Shown piece after piece: positions 1 to 34,570 of a stretch of 64,000 nucleotides of DNA; the stretch's first letter is position 1; each line of letters starts with the position of its first letter. Location: assembly GCF_001949145.1 (NCBI RefSeq), contig NW_019091358.1, forward strand, positions 3,094,535 through 3,158,534, written 5' to 3'. Position numbers and translations under genes: made by a program. This DNA is from Acanthaster planci. Its lineage: Eukaryota. Below the pieces are notes generated by a model. It was not told the DNA's origin and made no database searches. It was given only the letters and a program-made list of their open reading frames with translations.

Positions 1-2484
1 AAATTATTAATTGTGTCCATTATATAGTACTTCAGTATTACAACAGTAACTTTTCCAGTGATAAGTGGAACAAGCTAAAGACTAATTACCAGAGGTTAAT
101 TTAAGCTATGAGCTCAATTATCTAGAAAAAAAATGCAAACGAGAAAAGAGAGTTGGTTTGGGTTAGGCTTTGTGGACACAGCATGCAGCTGGTTGCATTT
201 GTCAGTGTTGTGTCACCACAGCCAATAGATAGTGCTTGGTGTTTGCTGTGGCCCCAGCTTGCACCGTGATGCGATTGCACATTCACGTTGGATGACAGCG
301 GCTCACCGCACGTTACCTGCCTTATTGGAGCACAAGCCCCCGCTCACGGTGGAGTGTTTGCATTGTGAGCCAGTGCAGACACCGACTTATGTTTGTCCAA
401 GGTCTTGTGTGCACATTGCATTTTATTGAACTGTGTTTCTCCCAAGAACCCCCCCTTCAATACTGTCATTGAAGGCAAAGTAGGTTTAATTGTGTATTGA
501 CGTAGCAAATAGAGAGAAGGGATGCCAACCCCCCCCTCCCCTTCCACTTGCCATTTTTTGGGTCCCTTTTTTTTGTGTGGAAAGAAGCCGTGTGGCTCAG
601 TGATTTAACTCCGTCTGAAGCATCGCCGAGTGTTCCGGACAAGTGCCTGGGCAAATTTCGTTGGCATTTTCAATTGGGGTGTCGCTACTCCTCCGCCGCG
701 TGCGGTCCCGCTGTGTTTGCACTGGCGTTAGTCATTCAGCGTGTGCCTGTCAGCGTATGGCCCCGCCGTCGCCATGGAGCAACACAAGTACACGATCATA
801 TTACAAACGGGATGAATTCTGCAAGTCTGAGAGAGTGGGTAACCCAAATGAATATGCACAGTCGGGTCCCTACAAGCAAGCGTTCCTCCTTCACTGACCG
901 GCAATTCTTCCCCCCCCCTACTTTCTCTCCCCTTGTCCCCCTGCGGCTACGCTGTGTACATAATCCGCAGATATTTACCGCTGAATTTTCATCAGTGGCC
1001 CGGCAGAGCTTTGGGGGGGGGAGCGGGGAAGACAAAATGAATTGCGAGCATCGAATACAGATTTAATTGGACTGAGTCAACCGGTGAAGTTTATGTATGT
1101 GCAAGGAAGTGCTCTTTAGCTGGTCGGGATGGATACCCGTCCCTGGCTTGCGGCATGAATAATTCATCACGACAATCATCGATCATTGTTTCCTACCTTA
1201 ATGACGCCCTGACATTTACGCATGACTCGTTTCGTGCTGCGTTGAAAGGTGGTCTGTTTGCATGTTCAAAAAAAAAAAATAATCCTGTAGCAGTGTGTGG
1301 CAAGTATGCGTGGACACATGACACGTACATGCACATTTGAGGTGGGGGGGGGAAGAGGTAATATATTCCACTTGCCGGTGATTGAGTATGCCAACCGGAC
1401 AGGAAGACACAAGGGTCACTCATTGAGCAGTGTAAGCTGTTGTCTGTCCTGTCTTATTTGCTCTTCAAAACTTGGAGAGGACCTAGCTGGCCACTTGAAT
1501 GGGAGGATTGCAGCTGTGCCATTCTCCTTAAGCCTACCCTTCACTATTGACCAAGAAGTACTGGATAAACACTTTTAACAGACTGTCATTATGGCCCTTG
1601 TTTGTCCTGGCTCCATTCACTGGCAACCTGCAGTAAATTCAGAGTGGAGTATTTGCTAGGGGTTACATTCTCTATTTGCAGGATTATATGAAGTGTGAGT
1701 TTAGCGTGTTTCCTTTTTGCTCTGTCTGTGCTTCATCTTTCCTCTTTTGGGAGGGGGGTTGTTTGCAGGAGGTTTAGGCTTTCCAGTTTATTCAGGCCAG
1801 GGATGTTTGTGTGGTTGTTGTTGAAGGACCCAAAGATGTAGAGTAAACAGTTGTTGACAGCTTTCCAGGGCCAGGTTCCTGTTGTACACCAGAGTGATTG
1901 AGCGACCAGCGCACACAAAAGGCATGAGTTTATTCTGTTGGGGGATCAGTCATCACCGGTTCACTGGTGATCTTTACAGACTAATGCCCCACAGGGCGGG
2001 GCTTTTCAGAAGCCAATCTCCTCCCCCCCCCATCCCCCAGAGAACACTGACGGGGTATGTCATTAGAGACTGTGAGTCTGAGATTGGGAGCTTATTACTC
2101 AATTATGTCGAGTTGAATTGGGTTACTGCAGCCTTTAGCTCTTAAATTACCGATGCTGTGCCACCATATCCACAAGTTATTAGACCTGAATGGTGTCATT
2201 GCAGGTTAGGAAGTACCTGTGTGAGTTAAAGATGGTTTGAGGGGAACTTTCTTTCCACTGGAAGGATCAGTTTATTTGTCTTTGGAGAAACCATGATAAA
2301 CTGTTCAAAATTGGTTTCAGTTAGACACCATGACTGCTCATCTACATGTAGATCAAACATTAGCACAGATGAATTCTGGGATTTAAATTTCTGACATTGT
2401 AAACCCTTGTGATTCTTCAATCTTTTTGAATTTGTGTAAATAGGTGTCCCATGCTTGACTGCTCCAGCAATTGGTGGTGTTTAG

Positions 2485-2502
2485 TGCCAGCAGAGGGCAG
2501 TA
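2485..2502 (+). promoter_or_regulatory. CTCF-consensus-like site in a TLE intron
   Basis: TGCCAGCAGAGGGCAGTA matches the CTCF core CCASYAGRKGGCRS. Motif match only. Confidence 0.45.
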
Positions 2503-3037
2503 CACAGACTGTGCACTATTTGGTTAGCCTCAATAACATTGTAGTGTTATTGTTGTGATGCATGGGTAGCACAAAAGGACACTGTTTAATGAGTGAGGGG
2601 AAAGCTGCCCAAACATGAAAGTGATAGATTATGGATTGGGCGGACAGGTGGTCCAGTATGGTGAGAGCCAAAAAGTGATAGCCAAATTTGGCCGTTGTTG
2701 GTAGGATCCCACACAAAAATCAATATTACACATGCATATTAAGATGTGATAGATGGAGGTACATGTCAATAATTAACCAACAGAAAGAAACCACTGTGTT
2801 AATGATGCACACATTATTTATAGGTTTAAGCCAGGTTGATTGTATTCAGCCACATTCTGACAAGGGTCGGGAGTTCTTATCTGAATTTTTTGTCATGTTT
2901 TTAGTTTAGTTTTTTTTTTTTTTATCGTTTGTTTCCCGTTTTTAGTTTTGTGTTTTTTGGTTTTTGGGAGTTTTCTTTCTTTCTCTCCTTGTTTAATTTA
3001 TCAACAAGTTTGAAGATTTTTTTTTCCTTTGTCACAG

Positions 3038-23818
<20,781 letters not shown>

Positions 23819-26254
23819 TGCCGCAACATCCAGAGAAAACAGTCATCAAGACCCTCTGTGGAGACACATCAATAGGGACGGATGTTCTTGTAGCTGTGGA
23901 ATCCACTCGGCGGAAGAGTCGCGTTGGGGGTTGTGGGAATTGTCTTTATAGCCCCTGAGCCCATTCGACTGGTCTGTCTTGTTGTGAAAGGCTCTAATTT
24001 ATTAAACTGTTTAACAGAATAAAAAAAGGCTCCCATCGTAAAAAGTGTATCTGCCTATTGACAGATGGAAGTATGGTGCCTTCGTAGTTTTGGCAGGGCA
24101 GGTCGAAGAGCAAGTTTTTTGGGCGGGGGGGTTCGTTTACCTCGTGAGACCTGCTTTTTTGATGTGGATAATTTGCAGTGAAATGATTTTGTTCAGCTGA
24201 GATGCAACGTTGATGTCATCTTGGTGTGATGTGAAATGAATAATGAAAGAGGAATAGGAGAGCCAGGGAACTTGACACATAATTGCAAGGAGGATTGCAA
24301 AGTACTACCAGCATGATTTAAAGAGATTTTTATATTTTAAGGAAAATTCACCTTTGGGAAATATTTCTGATCCAAGCAGAATTATGCAGATTTGTTCCAA
24401 GAGAAATTAATTCCTAGCGATGGCCCTAGATATAATGGAGAGTATTTTACAGCGTGTCCCTCAACAGCCATCTTTTTTGCTGATAAAAATGGAGGGAGAA
24501 AAACCTTTTCAGCTGTGCTACACACAAGGGCGTCTTCAACACTGGGGGTCTCATTAATATGAACTGTCTACAAAAGTTGTATGTGTATGTGTGCACTTTT
24601 GAAAGCACTTTCCTGCTGTACTCACAGATCTTTCTTATGTTGCATCAAAGGAACAGCCTGCCAATCTAAAGGCTGGAAAAACAGTCGATGGTAGAGTATC
24701 AAAAATTGTTTTTAACACCCGTGTTACATCTGAGAAATCTGTAAAAGGTCATCAGATGCCGCCAAAAACTCATAAATCAACACCACCTCAAATGACGAGG
24801 GCAGAAATGGATCACTTTGGGCAACAGTTTTACCGTCAGCTGTGGTTAACTTTCTTCCTACTTTAGCTGTTTAGTTACACTGGGGGCTTGATGTTTGCAG
24901 GCTCAAGAAAGGTCTATACCACAGCCGTGCATCTTGGCTCTTGTGTCCAGGACTACTCTGCACAGCACTGACATTCTCACAACCACTTTCAGGGAAGTCT
25001 TGAGCAGAGATGCGCATCACCCTGAAGAGGAATACCTGTTGCTTCTTTACCACTGTAAAACTCTGATGTACAAAATTTGACATGGCTACATTCTCTGTAA
25101 AGACTTATTGAAGTTTTGTACTGCCAACTTCACTGTATAACTATCATGACATAATATGTATATGATATATATTTTTTCCTCTTTGTGTGCGGTGCATTAT
25201 GTCAAGGGAATCGGCAGACAAGAAATTCTCTCAGTTCAAACTTTAGGTAGACTAACCAGGAGTTGTTTTTCTTTCATTCGGAAACTTTTCAGGCAGGGAC
25301 ACAGAACTCCTTATTTTTTGATAGTATTACCCATCGACCGCCACCAGCCACATCAATTTTTACTCGCAAAGGTACTCCGCTTTGTATTTTGAAGTCACAC
25401 TTCAAAATTTGTCACTTTCGTGCGAAGAATACATGCAGCAGTGTATTGGTTTCTTGGAATTTGTAGAACTCCAGTCTCCAGTTTTAAGCTGTGGCCACAG
25501 GGCATGCAGATGAGAAACAGCACTTCCGCATTCCCCATGCTTTACGTGCCATGCTCTATATTGAATACAGCTTTGTTTTGCCGATCAATCCCTGGTCCAA
25601 TCACCTTTCAGGCCAGAAGTATGGAAAGGAACAGAGGCGTGGCTTTTTCCATGTTTCATTTAACATTACTGGCACCGAATGGAACAGGCTAGGGATTGTC
25701 ATGATGATTTGTGATGACCTGTGTGACTTATGATGGCTTGCGATAATATACGATAGCCGATGACTTGATTGGTAGTCTGAAAAGATATACCCAAAATTAT
25801 TTCATTACATCACAATGAGTTTGTCATATAGCCAAAACACGATCAGGTGTTACACAATAGACCTGTAATAATGACGTCATGCTTTCTTTGCAGGTGCACT
25901 TCCCTATGGCATTGGGATGAGACATGATCCACAGAGTCCCATAGGAAAGTGTATATTTAAACAAAGTGTGATGTCATTGTTTTAGGTCTATTAAGCAGCA
26001 ACAAAAACTGAGGTTTGAATTCATTTTTCTCATGTCCTCCATTGAGAGACTTGGTCCAAGACTCTTGTTGCTAGACTGAATGTCATTTACTGTTCTGTTT
26101 GATTGGCTGTTTCGCCAGTTGGTTCTTGTGTTCAAACAAAACTGGCACTGAAATCTTTCAAACTGTAGGTCCTGTGCTACATGCATATACTGCGTTCAAC
26201 TGAGGAGCACTTTGAATTTTTGAGATTTGAAACTTTTCATAGTGGAGGTAGTAT

Positions 26255-26472
26255 GTAATCTAGATAGGTTTGCGGTAGCACCATGGATAATATCTCTTTT
26301 AGAGCATGTGGGGTTCTGAAAAGAACTGGTGGCACTCAGTGTTTCAGACAATATTGTCTGTCCGTCGTAGAGTATATTGTCTGAGACGTTGAGTACCACT
26401 GGTTCTTTTCAGAACCCCACATGCTCAAAAAGATGTATATCCAAAGTGCTACCGCAAACCTATCTAGTTTAC
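26255..26472. mobile_element. Foldback (palindromic) MITE, about 218 bp
   Basis: Left arm GTAATCTAGATAGGTTTGCGGTAGCA..GAGCATGTGGGGTTCTGAAAAGAAC..CAGACAATAT pairs with right arm ATATTGTCTG..GTTCTTTTCAGAACCCCACATGCTC..TGCTACCGCAAACCTATCTAGTTTAC. Confidence 0.88.
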
Positions 26473-26494
26473 CCGCTTTGAATTTTATTTCATA

Positions 26495-26736
26495 GGCCGT
26501 TTTCCAATACTCAACTTCAGCTCTGTCTCAGGCTTCAGCTGTTTTTTTTACTACCTGACTTTGAAGCTGTAAGCGCAGTAATAAGTCTAATAGTGCCACA
26601 AAACATCAAATAAGATGCAAGAGAACCAAAAATTACAGAAATCCAATTTTATTTTAACGCCTCAGGCCCACAATTAGGGATCGGTTTTGGGGACGAAGCC
26701 CGAGACGGAGACGAAGTTGAATATTGGAAAACGGCC
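26495..26736. mobile_element. MITE family A, copy 3
   Basis: Same TIRs and internal sequence as 17646-17886. Confidence 0.92.
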
Positions 26737-27559
26737 TTAAACTATGGGCCGATTCTTTCCTCTCAGTGGTGTCATTACATCAGGCTAAATTTCCAGTCTT
26801 CAATGAAATAACCTCAATTCAAGTCCTGTGGTATTCGAATGAAGAAATGAGACATTGTGTTAATATTGCTACCCGTGGTTGGGTTTGTGGTAGAATGGTA
26901 ACAAACTTTTGGAACACACTACATCAGCTATTTGTCGTGCATTGAAATTCATGTGCCCGTCATACAAGTATTAAGAAGAGTTCATATCTGTCTTTGTGTG
27001 CAGTATTTCTGTTGCTTGATTCTGTTTACCAAAAAATATACTTTAAAATCTGTTAATCCAAAAATAATAAGGTCGAATGGGTTGTGAGTTCGGTTTTGTC
27101 TGTTCCTTGTTCGTTTTGGTTTTGTTTTTATTATTTTTTGACTGAACCAACGCAGAAATTGTTTAATATTTTGTATTTCCGATGGAGGCTTTTTTACTAG
27201 CCTGTTGTGTGTTTTTGAGTTTGTTATCACTATTTAATGTTTTGTGGGGGAAAATATTTACAATTAGAAAAAACATATATATCCATCATGTTTTCATGTC
27301 AAGGTGGAACTTAAATCAGACATTTTGACAGTTCCTTTTGACTTCACTGTACCGGGTGTTTGGTAATGAGCGAGGAGAATTTCTTCTTGGTGTACCTTGC
27401 GAAGAAGCTAGATGCATCACACATCTTTTAAATACGGATGGGTTGACCGAAAAACTTTGGTTCTGTTCCTGTAATAAGAAAATACTAGGAGATAGACCGT
27501 TTAAAAAACTGTAAATATTTCATCACAGATTGTGAAAAACCTTGTGAATTGTTCTGTAA

Positions 27560-27596
27560 AATAAAAAAGGAGCTCCAGATGAGTTTGAGAAATAAA
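27560..27596 (+). promoter_or_regulatory. Candidate distal polyadenylation signals of TLE
   Basis: AATAAA at 27560-27565 and 27591-27596, after U-rich UTR-like sequence and before a GT/T-rich tract at about 27650-27675. Proximal ATTAAA/AATAAA also occur at 24001 and 24018. Confidence 0.45.
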
Positions 27597-30547
27597 GAAA
27601 AACATTTGTATGTAACATGTGGGGGTGATGCCGATTGTCTGAATGTTCATGTCTGTTTTTGTGATTTTCATTTTATACGTTTATAGCTGGTGCTCTTCAA
27701 GTCTAGAGCAGTGATACCGGTACCCACACTTTCTCTATTACCTTGTGATCTGCCGTTATTCTCCACAGTTTGGTGTTATTTCCATCTGATAAGGTAAGAT
27801 ACTGATTATGTTGTAGGAGTGAGGATAAGATCCTAGTGGACTCTTGGAAAGGTTAGAAAGAAAACCGCAGTCCTTACATGCCCATCCAATGGCAAAGGCG
27901 AGGGCATGTGCTGTGCCCAACCGACAGCCAAAATGTGAGATTGGAACTGTTACATAGGGTCATCTTTTTTCCTGAATGTTTATCCAAATGGATATATGTC
28001 TGCATACCACAGCAGCTTTGCGACACTGGAATAAAGTATATACATGTACGTGGAACTCGTAACAGATCAGATCAGATGACATGTCAAAATTTCACCCTGT
28101 CCTCTCAAGACCGGTTCACACTTTGCTCGAAAGCGAACACCTTGCGAATTCACAAAAACAGCACCTTTCAACTCCGTGAAATTTTGCTGCAAATCTTTCA
28201 TTATGTCAAATTCGCCCCGCCTCTGGCATTAACTGGCCTGAACAGTTAAAAAATGGTTGAACTGTCCATTGGTACAGAATCACTACTAAGGACATGTCAC
28301 GGGTGACATGATTTAGGAAACAATTGCTCGGGGATTTGAGTCCACACTCCTAAGTTGACTTTCCTGTACAAAGCTTGGGAGATGTGCTGAGGCAAGTCAG
28401 TACAAGTGCGTAGGAAGAGAGGGTAGTGGACAGGGGATAAGAACGGTTGAGACAACCTGCAATGAACTCGGCTCATTGCTGGATGCAAAAATGCATTACT
28501 GAAAATGGTAAAGCCATCTTGGAGAAAATGCTTGTAGCCCTAACACACGGCTTAGAAATCTGTTTTTCTTTCAACCTGTCTGTCACAATAAAACAAATGG
28601 GGGATCTTTGATTCTTTGGCAATCGCAGAATGTGAAACCGCCAATTGGCGGTTGGTTTTTTTTTTTACAGTTTTTCACCTGCTCTATTATTTCTATTACA
28701 CGTACAAGTACCAGCTACGCGGTTTTAAGTAAAACTTGCAGTCAAGTGATACATGTATTTAATTGAAGTGAAAAAGACGAGAAATATTTTGAAATGACCC
28801 TCCCCTTCATTTTTTAAAGGACTGGAAGTTCACTGCTGATGACTGCTTTGCCACAGCCCCCCCCAAAAAATAATCTCCCCTTGTCTGTCGCCACCCACAG
28901 CACTCGCACAACAGGAAAGGGTAAAATTAGGAATCTATGTAAATTTCACTAAAAAAAGGTTTACAATCAGCTCTTGTCTAGGGAACCCCATGTTCACCTC
29001 ATCTCCACCTCTTTAACCAGGGCTTTTGCCTTAGGGTCAGTGACCTGGCAGGTAGTTAAACACCGAAACCATGTAACAAATGGGATGGGAGTAGAGTTGG
29101 AGACTGGTTTGACTGCAGATTTTGCACCACAAAGGACTACTTTGAATGCTGCATGTGTAGTCTCTGCTCAAGCCGCTCTGTCTAATGCCCTCTCCGGCTA
29201 GAAAGCCCTCTTTTTAATCCATCAGATACGTGTACACAACAGGCTTCAAGTAAACGGCACTGAAAGATTTAAGCAATTTCTTTTTTTTTATTTCGAAGAG
29301 GATAAGTCTGTAATCGGTGATTTATTCTTTAGGAGGATATGTGCCACGTTTACGAAAATAGGATGAGTAAATTCTCAATATAAGCAATGAACTATTTGTG
29401 GTGTTTACATTATTTACTTAAAACAATATCTAAACTTAAGAAAGACTTTATATTTGACACAAAAATTAACTATCAGAAACACCTGTTTTCTTTCAGCGTC
29501 GTTCTTCAATTCCAACAGGTACTTCCGTCAGGAATGTCAGACCCTTAAGGGGATACAAAAGTGCTTCATTTACAAATGCACAAATTAAAATTGTGACAAT
29601 AGTTGAATCTCTTTCATCATTGTTTACGACTGGTTTACATTTTGCAACACAAATGACTGGTTCAGGTCTGGCAATGGCTTTTGACATTCCGACAGGGAAT
29701 TGTACCTGGATGAGTCTGTTTACTGCTTGATCATACATAAACGTCAAGACTGTGGTCTTAAGATGCCTGTGCATGCTTTCCTGTTTTCCAACAGCTTGAA
29801 AAGGAGTCTTTGAATTTGCCAATTTCTGCAATCCCAAAGCATTCCACGGTGGAATAAACTGATCAAGAACACGAGGTAAACACAACATGGCCTACCAGCT
29901 GCAACACGATTGGGTGTTCTTCCCATAAAAGAGGGAAGTTCTAGGAAGAAGCTGGTCTGTCACGAACTGACTCGTCTTTATATTCATACACATCACTTTA
30001 GCGACATCGTGTAAACAGGCTTAGTGCACAAGATAAGTCAGTTTGTGGTGCGCTCTTAGTAATATGGCTGCGTTAGCGGTGCAACCAACAAAACGTTCAA
30101 GCAGTAACTGTAACAGGATTATTCCTCAAAAAAGAGGAAGAATGGTGGTTGAGGTGGAATGTTTCAGTGAGAGAGTCTGAGGATTTGAACTCACCAGCCG
30201 TTTCAGGGGTGAAAATTTGGTATTTAGTGAGAGTAAATCATTGATATTGATCAGATTGATAAGAGTGATCAGCAATGCCATTCTTTCCCCCCCAACCTTC
30301 CCTGGAAAAACCAAAAACACCCATCAAGAATGGCCCATTGTAATGAGGGAAGTTACAGGATCACAGCAGGTTCAATAGAAGACTGCGTTGGGTTTGTGAA
30401 AGAAATGCTCCAGCAAAGGCAATCTTGGTTGAAGATGATCTTTATTAAAATGACCGGGAATTAAAAAAACAACATGATCTGAACAGGTGTTCCCTCTGCT
30501 ACTGAGGAGTCGTTCTTCTTGGTTTTCATGGGAGGCACGAATGCTGC

Positions 30548-32426
30548 TTACAGTGCTCCAACTTTTTGAAGCATAGGCTTCAGTTTGCCTTGGGACTGCA
30601 GTTTGGCCACATCGTCCCCTCCCCCAACAAACTTCCCTCCAATGAAGACACGCGGCACCTGTAACACAAAAAAGACAATGCGTGTGGTTGGTATCCAAGA
30701 AGAAAATGTCCCCCCTCAACACCAAGAACAAAAATGAAACCAGCATTTGGTTTGGTTCCACTGCCTCACATTCATAAATTGTAGGCATTCGATCTTTATT
30801 TCAACTATAACTTACCATTAGCAGGCAAAGTCTTACCTAAACTAATCCCCTCCCCATTTTGGTTTTACCTGAAACCCCTCAGTTGTGTAGAGATGTATTA
30901 AAATGGAAAATTCAGTACTCTCAGAGGAAATCTGGGTCTCTATAAATGTGGGGTCCAACATGGTAACTTTTTTCTTCTGTCCTTGTTAAACCTGACCAAT
31001 GTAATTTGACAAGGGATATACATGTACATATATCAGTGAAATTGACTTCGAAGTTATTGTTTTTAGCTGTTATGGCAGGTAATTTACCATACTTGCTCAC
31101 TCTTGGACATTATTAAAGATTATGTTCTGAACTTACCAAATCCTACCCCACATAATATGGAGATGAGAAAACCAATTAGACCCCAAATTTGCAAAATGGC
31201 CCATCTCTTAACCCCCTGCATTGCCCAGCTTATTCTTAATCCTGCGAAGCATAAGAAAAATCCTTCTGAATCCCACCCTGCATCCACAAACGTCGACTCT
31301 TCACACTGAACTTACGCTCCTTCCTTTGGTCAACTCCAGCATGTAGTCCTGGATTGCATCCATGTTGTCCATGTCTTCCAGTTCAATGACCTTGAAATCT
31401 GTCAAGCCGGCATCCCTCAGAGCAGCCTTGGCCTTCTTACAGAATGGACAGTAAGATTTGGAAAAGACAACCACCTAGGGAAAAACGGTACAAAAAACAT
31501 CTTACACCAACTTACTACTCTGGGCTCTCTGTCCTACAAACTGTGGTAAGGTTTCAGTAAACAAATGAACACTATTTGACCATACAAAAATGAATGCATT
31601 TGTTATTTTTTCCCCCATCCCTCCCTTCCGCTGGTGGCTCCAACTGAGACATAAGGAAGTGGCCAAAAATCTCCCACCCTTAGGGAAAATTTAAGGGCCA
31701 ATCACAAGCAAGAAAGTAGAGTAGTGCATATGCATAGGGTTGCGTTATGCTCGCCTATGTAAAACAAAAGAATACGTTGTCAGGTGATTGTTATATCCAG
31801 TGCCAAAATGGGATATGCCCAACTTCTTTGTTGATACAGTTGGACCATTGGACATGAAATTTGGTTGGAAAGAAACACTTAATGAGAACTGAGATTAGGC
31901 CTACAAGAAAAAAGGTACATGGCGAGTGAAACAATATTTGATTCCAATAACAGAGCAAAGGAGTGAAGTGGAAAGAGCAAAATCAATGGAATGCAGTGAT
32001 GTCAGTTATCACACAGCAATTTTATCATGAGCCTGTCCTAAAATACATGTACATGTAATTGTATTACAACCCCTTTCAAAACTGATACCACTTTACTAAG
32101 GTCATTTTTATTGCATTGCACCCTGTCTAGGCCTGTATAAAACTTTTCTGGATATTCGAAGCATGGACGAATTGAGCATGCAGTGGGGCTCTTGGAGCAG
32201 CGAAAACGTTGGGGCGTCGACGTGACTCGGCAAATAATATTGCAATGTCATGCTTTGTCATGGTCGAACTCGGCTGAGGCCGAACGATCAGCTGAAGACT
32301 GTATGCGGTACTGCTGCAAACATTAAAATTAAAAAGAACTGATTTACTTCCAACAACGCTCACATTACTTACCTTGTTGCCAACAATAGCAGCATCAGCA
32401 AATTCTTTTGCAGCAGCCTTTGACAT
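30548..32426 (-). CDS. GLRX: Dithiol glutaredoxin (CPFC active site), 107 aa, 3 exons
   Basis: Minus-strand exons 32426-32373 (MSKAAAKEFADAAIVGNK), 31474-31316 (VVVFSKSYCPFCKKAK..DYMLELTKGRS) and 30658-30548 (VPRVFIGGKFVGGGDD..KVGAL*). All introns are GT-AG, phase 0. CPFC, (S)VP and GG-DD glutaredoxin motifs are present. AATAAA on the minus strand at 30441-30446. Confidence 0.96.
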
Positions 32427-34184
32427 GATTGAACTGTTGGCTGGGAGGTTTTTATTCGAACTTCGAAGGTAAAGCAAAAATTCCCCGTTTTCTGCTTGTT
32501 GCGCCTGGCAGATGTAAAGGGCGCCCTCTGTAGAGTTAATCTTGCTTATAAAAATTATAAAGGCGCGGCGGGTCGCATATTTTTTTATTTACACCGTAGC
32601 CTAGGGTTTTTCGCGTTGGTGGCGCTTATTCGCGCTTGAAAAGAGACTAATGCTGACTGAACCAGTCACAGCGAGCGCACGAGAACACGAAACGATGGTG
32701 CCCGTAGGCCTACTACAACAAATAAATATCTGTATTTAGTTCCGACAGTTGATACTTCAGAGGTGATAGACTGATGGATTTGACAGTATTGGGGGGATTC
32801 GTCTTCCTCTGATGGTCAAGTTATTTCTTTGGCCTGTGTGAAAAAGTAGAATTTTAATCACCACTGTGATCGCTGGCTTGATGAGCTAGGATAGCCAAGC
32901 TCACGCAATGTTTTTAACATTATTTTTTTTTCGGGGAAAGGGGGATAAAATACAAGTGCGATGTGACAAACATTATGAACAATTTAGGTTGGTCATTAAT
33001 GAGGGTTGTTTTCAAGCAGATTGAGATTTCCATCCCTTTCGTCTCTCTTATTTCATTTTTTGTTTCTTTTTCATTATGAGAAGATATTAATTTCAAAATG
33101 TTTAACTTGAGGTTGGTCTTGAAGCCTTGATTGCAACCTCATCTGCGTCATTTCCTCTAGGCTTGTTCATCTTACAGAGTCGAACAAGCAGACAGGTTAT
33201 GGCTTTGCAGCAAAAGGCGTCAATAATGTTTCATATACCTACGGTAAAAGACTCTCAATATCAAAAATTATTTCTGCTAGCTGCGCACCGTATAGCACAG
33301 CAAAGAATGATATCAAAATTCGAATCCTTGGTACGCCACTGCCTGTATGCATTTGAAGCATGAAAGAAGGGAAACCGTCAAAAGACTTAATAAAAGTTTT
33401 ACTCATTATGAGCCTGGTATTTCGGTCGTGAAGTTACGTTTGGTTTGTTCACGTTTTGCATTGCGTAGACCTACCACGATTCTTAGCGGAGCTCTCACAT
33501 GACATTTAGCAGCATCTAAAGCTATGCAATAACGAAACGTCTTCCAGTTTTTAGTGACATGCATTGAAACCCTTAAGACTGTCACAATTATGTCATGTTT
33601 CCGCCCTGCGTTAAATCCCATGCGCTCGTGTACGTACTCAGCACTAGTCTTTTTTCTTGCGCTAATTGGCACCACCACTGAAAAAAAGTCTACGGTGTAG
33701 ATAAAAAGCCCCCCCCCCCGTGGGCCGGCCCGCGGGGGGGGGGGCTTTTGGGAAGTTTTAAGTCCCAAGACTATCCACGAAAAACAGTAAACAGAGGGGC
33801 GATGCATGGTTTCGAGCCATACCAACCTCTTTGAGACTGATTGGTGGGCCTTGGCGGGGGCATGTTGGCATGTTAAGAATGTTTTCCACTTTTTGTGTAT
33901 CCATTTAGTCATTTGCAGCTACTTTATAAACCACAGTCTACTTTTAGACAACCACATGAAATATCTATCGACGAAAAAGAGGGTGCGTCACACTGCTCTA
34001 TGATTGGACTATGCGATATACTCCGTCTGCACTACCATAGAGCTACCAGCCCATGGCACTATGGCACTTTCATCTGTATTAACCACCTGCTGATAAACCA
34101 CTGGCTAGTTTTTGACCAGTTGCTACTTTTAAAACTATGTGTACTTGATAAAATACCCACTGACAGGAAACAATGGTTCGCCAG

Positions 34185-34570
34185 CAGCGGCGTAGCCAGG
34201 ATTCTTAGCAGGGGGAGGGAGTGACTTGCCCGGCCGTCAAAAAAAAGCGGGGTGGGGGACATTATGACTCTATAGAGGTCAATGTTCAATGGTATTGAAC
34301 ATGGTAGGTCAATGATATTGATGTACATGTGTAATATGTATTCAGTAGGGCATATTTATGGCTTTTTAACAACAGATTGTTTTGTCCTTTTTTGAGTGAT
34401 GTTTGAACGCATTTTAGTCGACGGAATTCTGAAAAATTCTTCCCAATCTGCTTCACTTTTTTTGCTCACCACATGCACAAAAAGTGGGGGAGGGGATGAT
34501 TCAATAGCCCCTCCCCACCTCCTTTTATCATCCCCAATCCCCCCATTTCCGGCACAGGTTTACGCCACCA
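34185..34570. mobile_element. MITE with (CAG)YGGCGTAGCC-type TIRs
   Basis: Left CAGCGGCGTAGCCAGGATT followed by a G-rich tract; right C-rich tract followed by GGTTTACGCCAC. Confidence 0.5.

Noticed and set aside
232..1578. Cluster of ORFs up to 172 aa, or possible upstream TLE exons
   Set aside because: No Q- or GP-domain peptides were found. The region is GC-richer intronic sequence that may be regulatory, but I cannot support that from sequence alone.
29493..29926. 131-aa and 60-aa minus-strand ORFs between TLE and GLRX
   Set aside because: No recognisable domain and no coherent splice structure in any frame examined.
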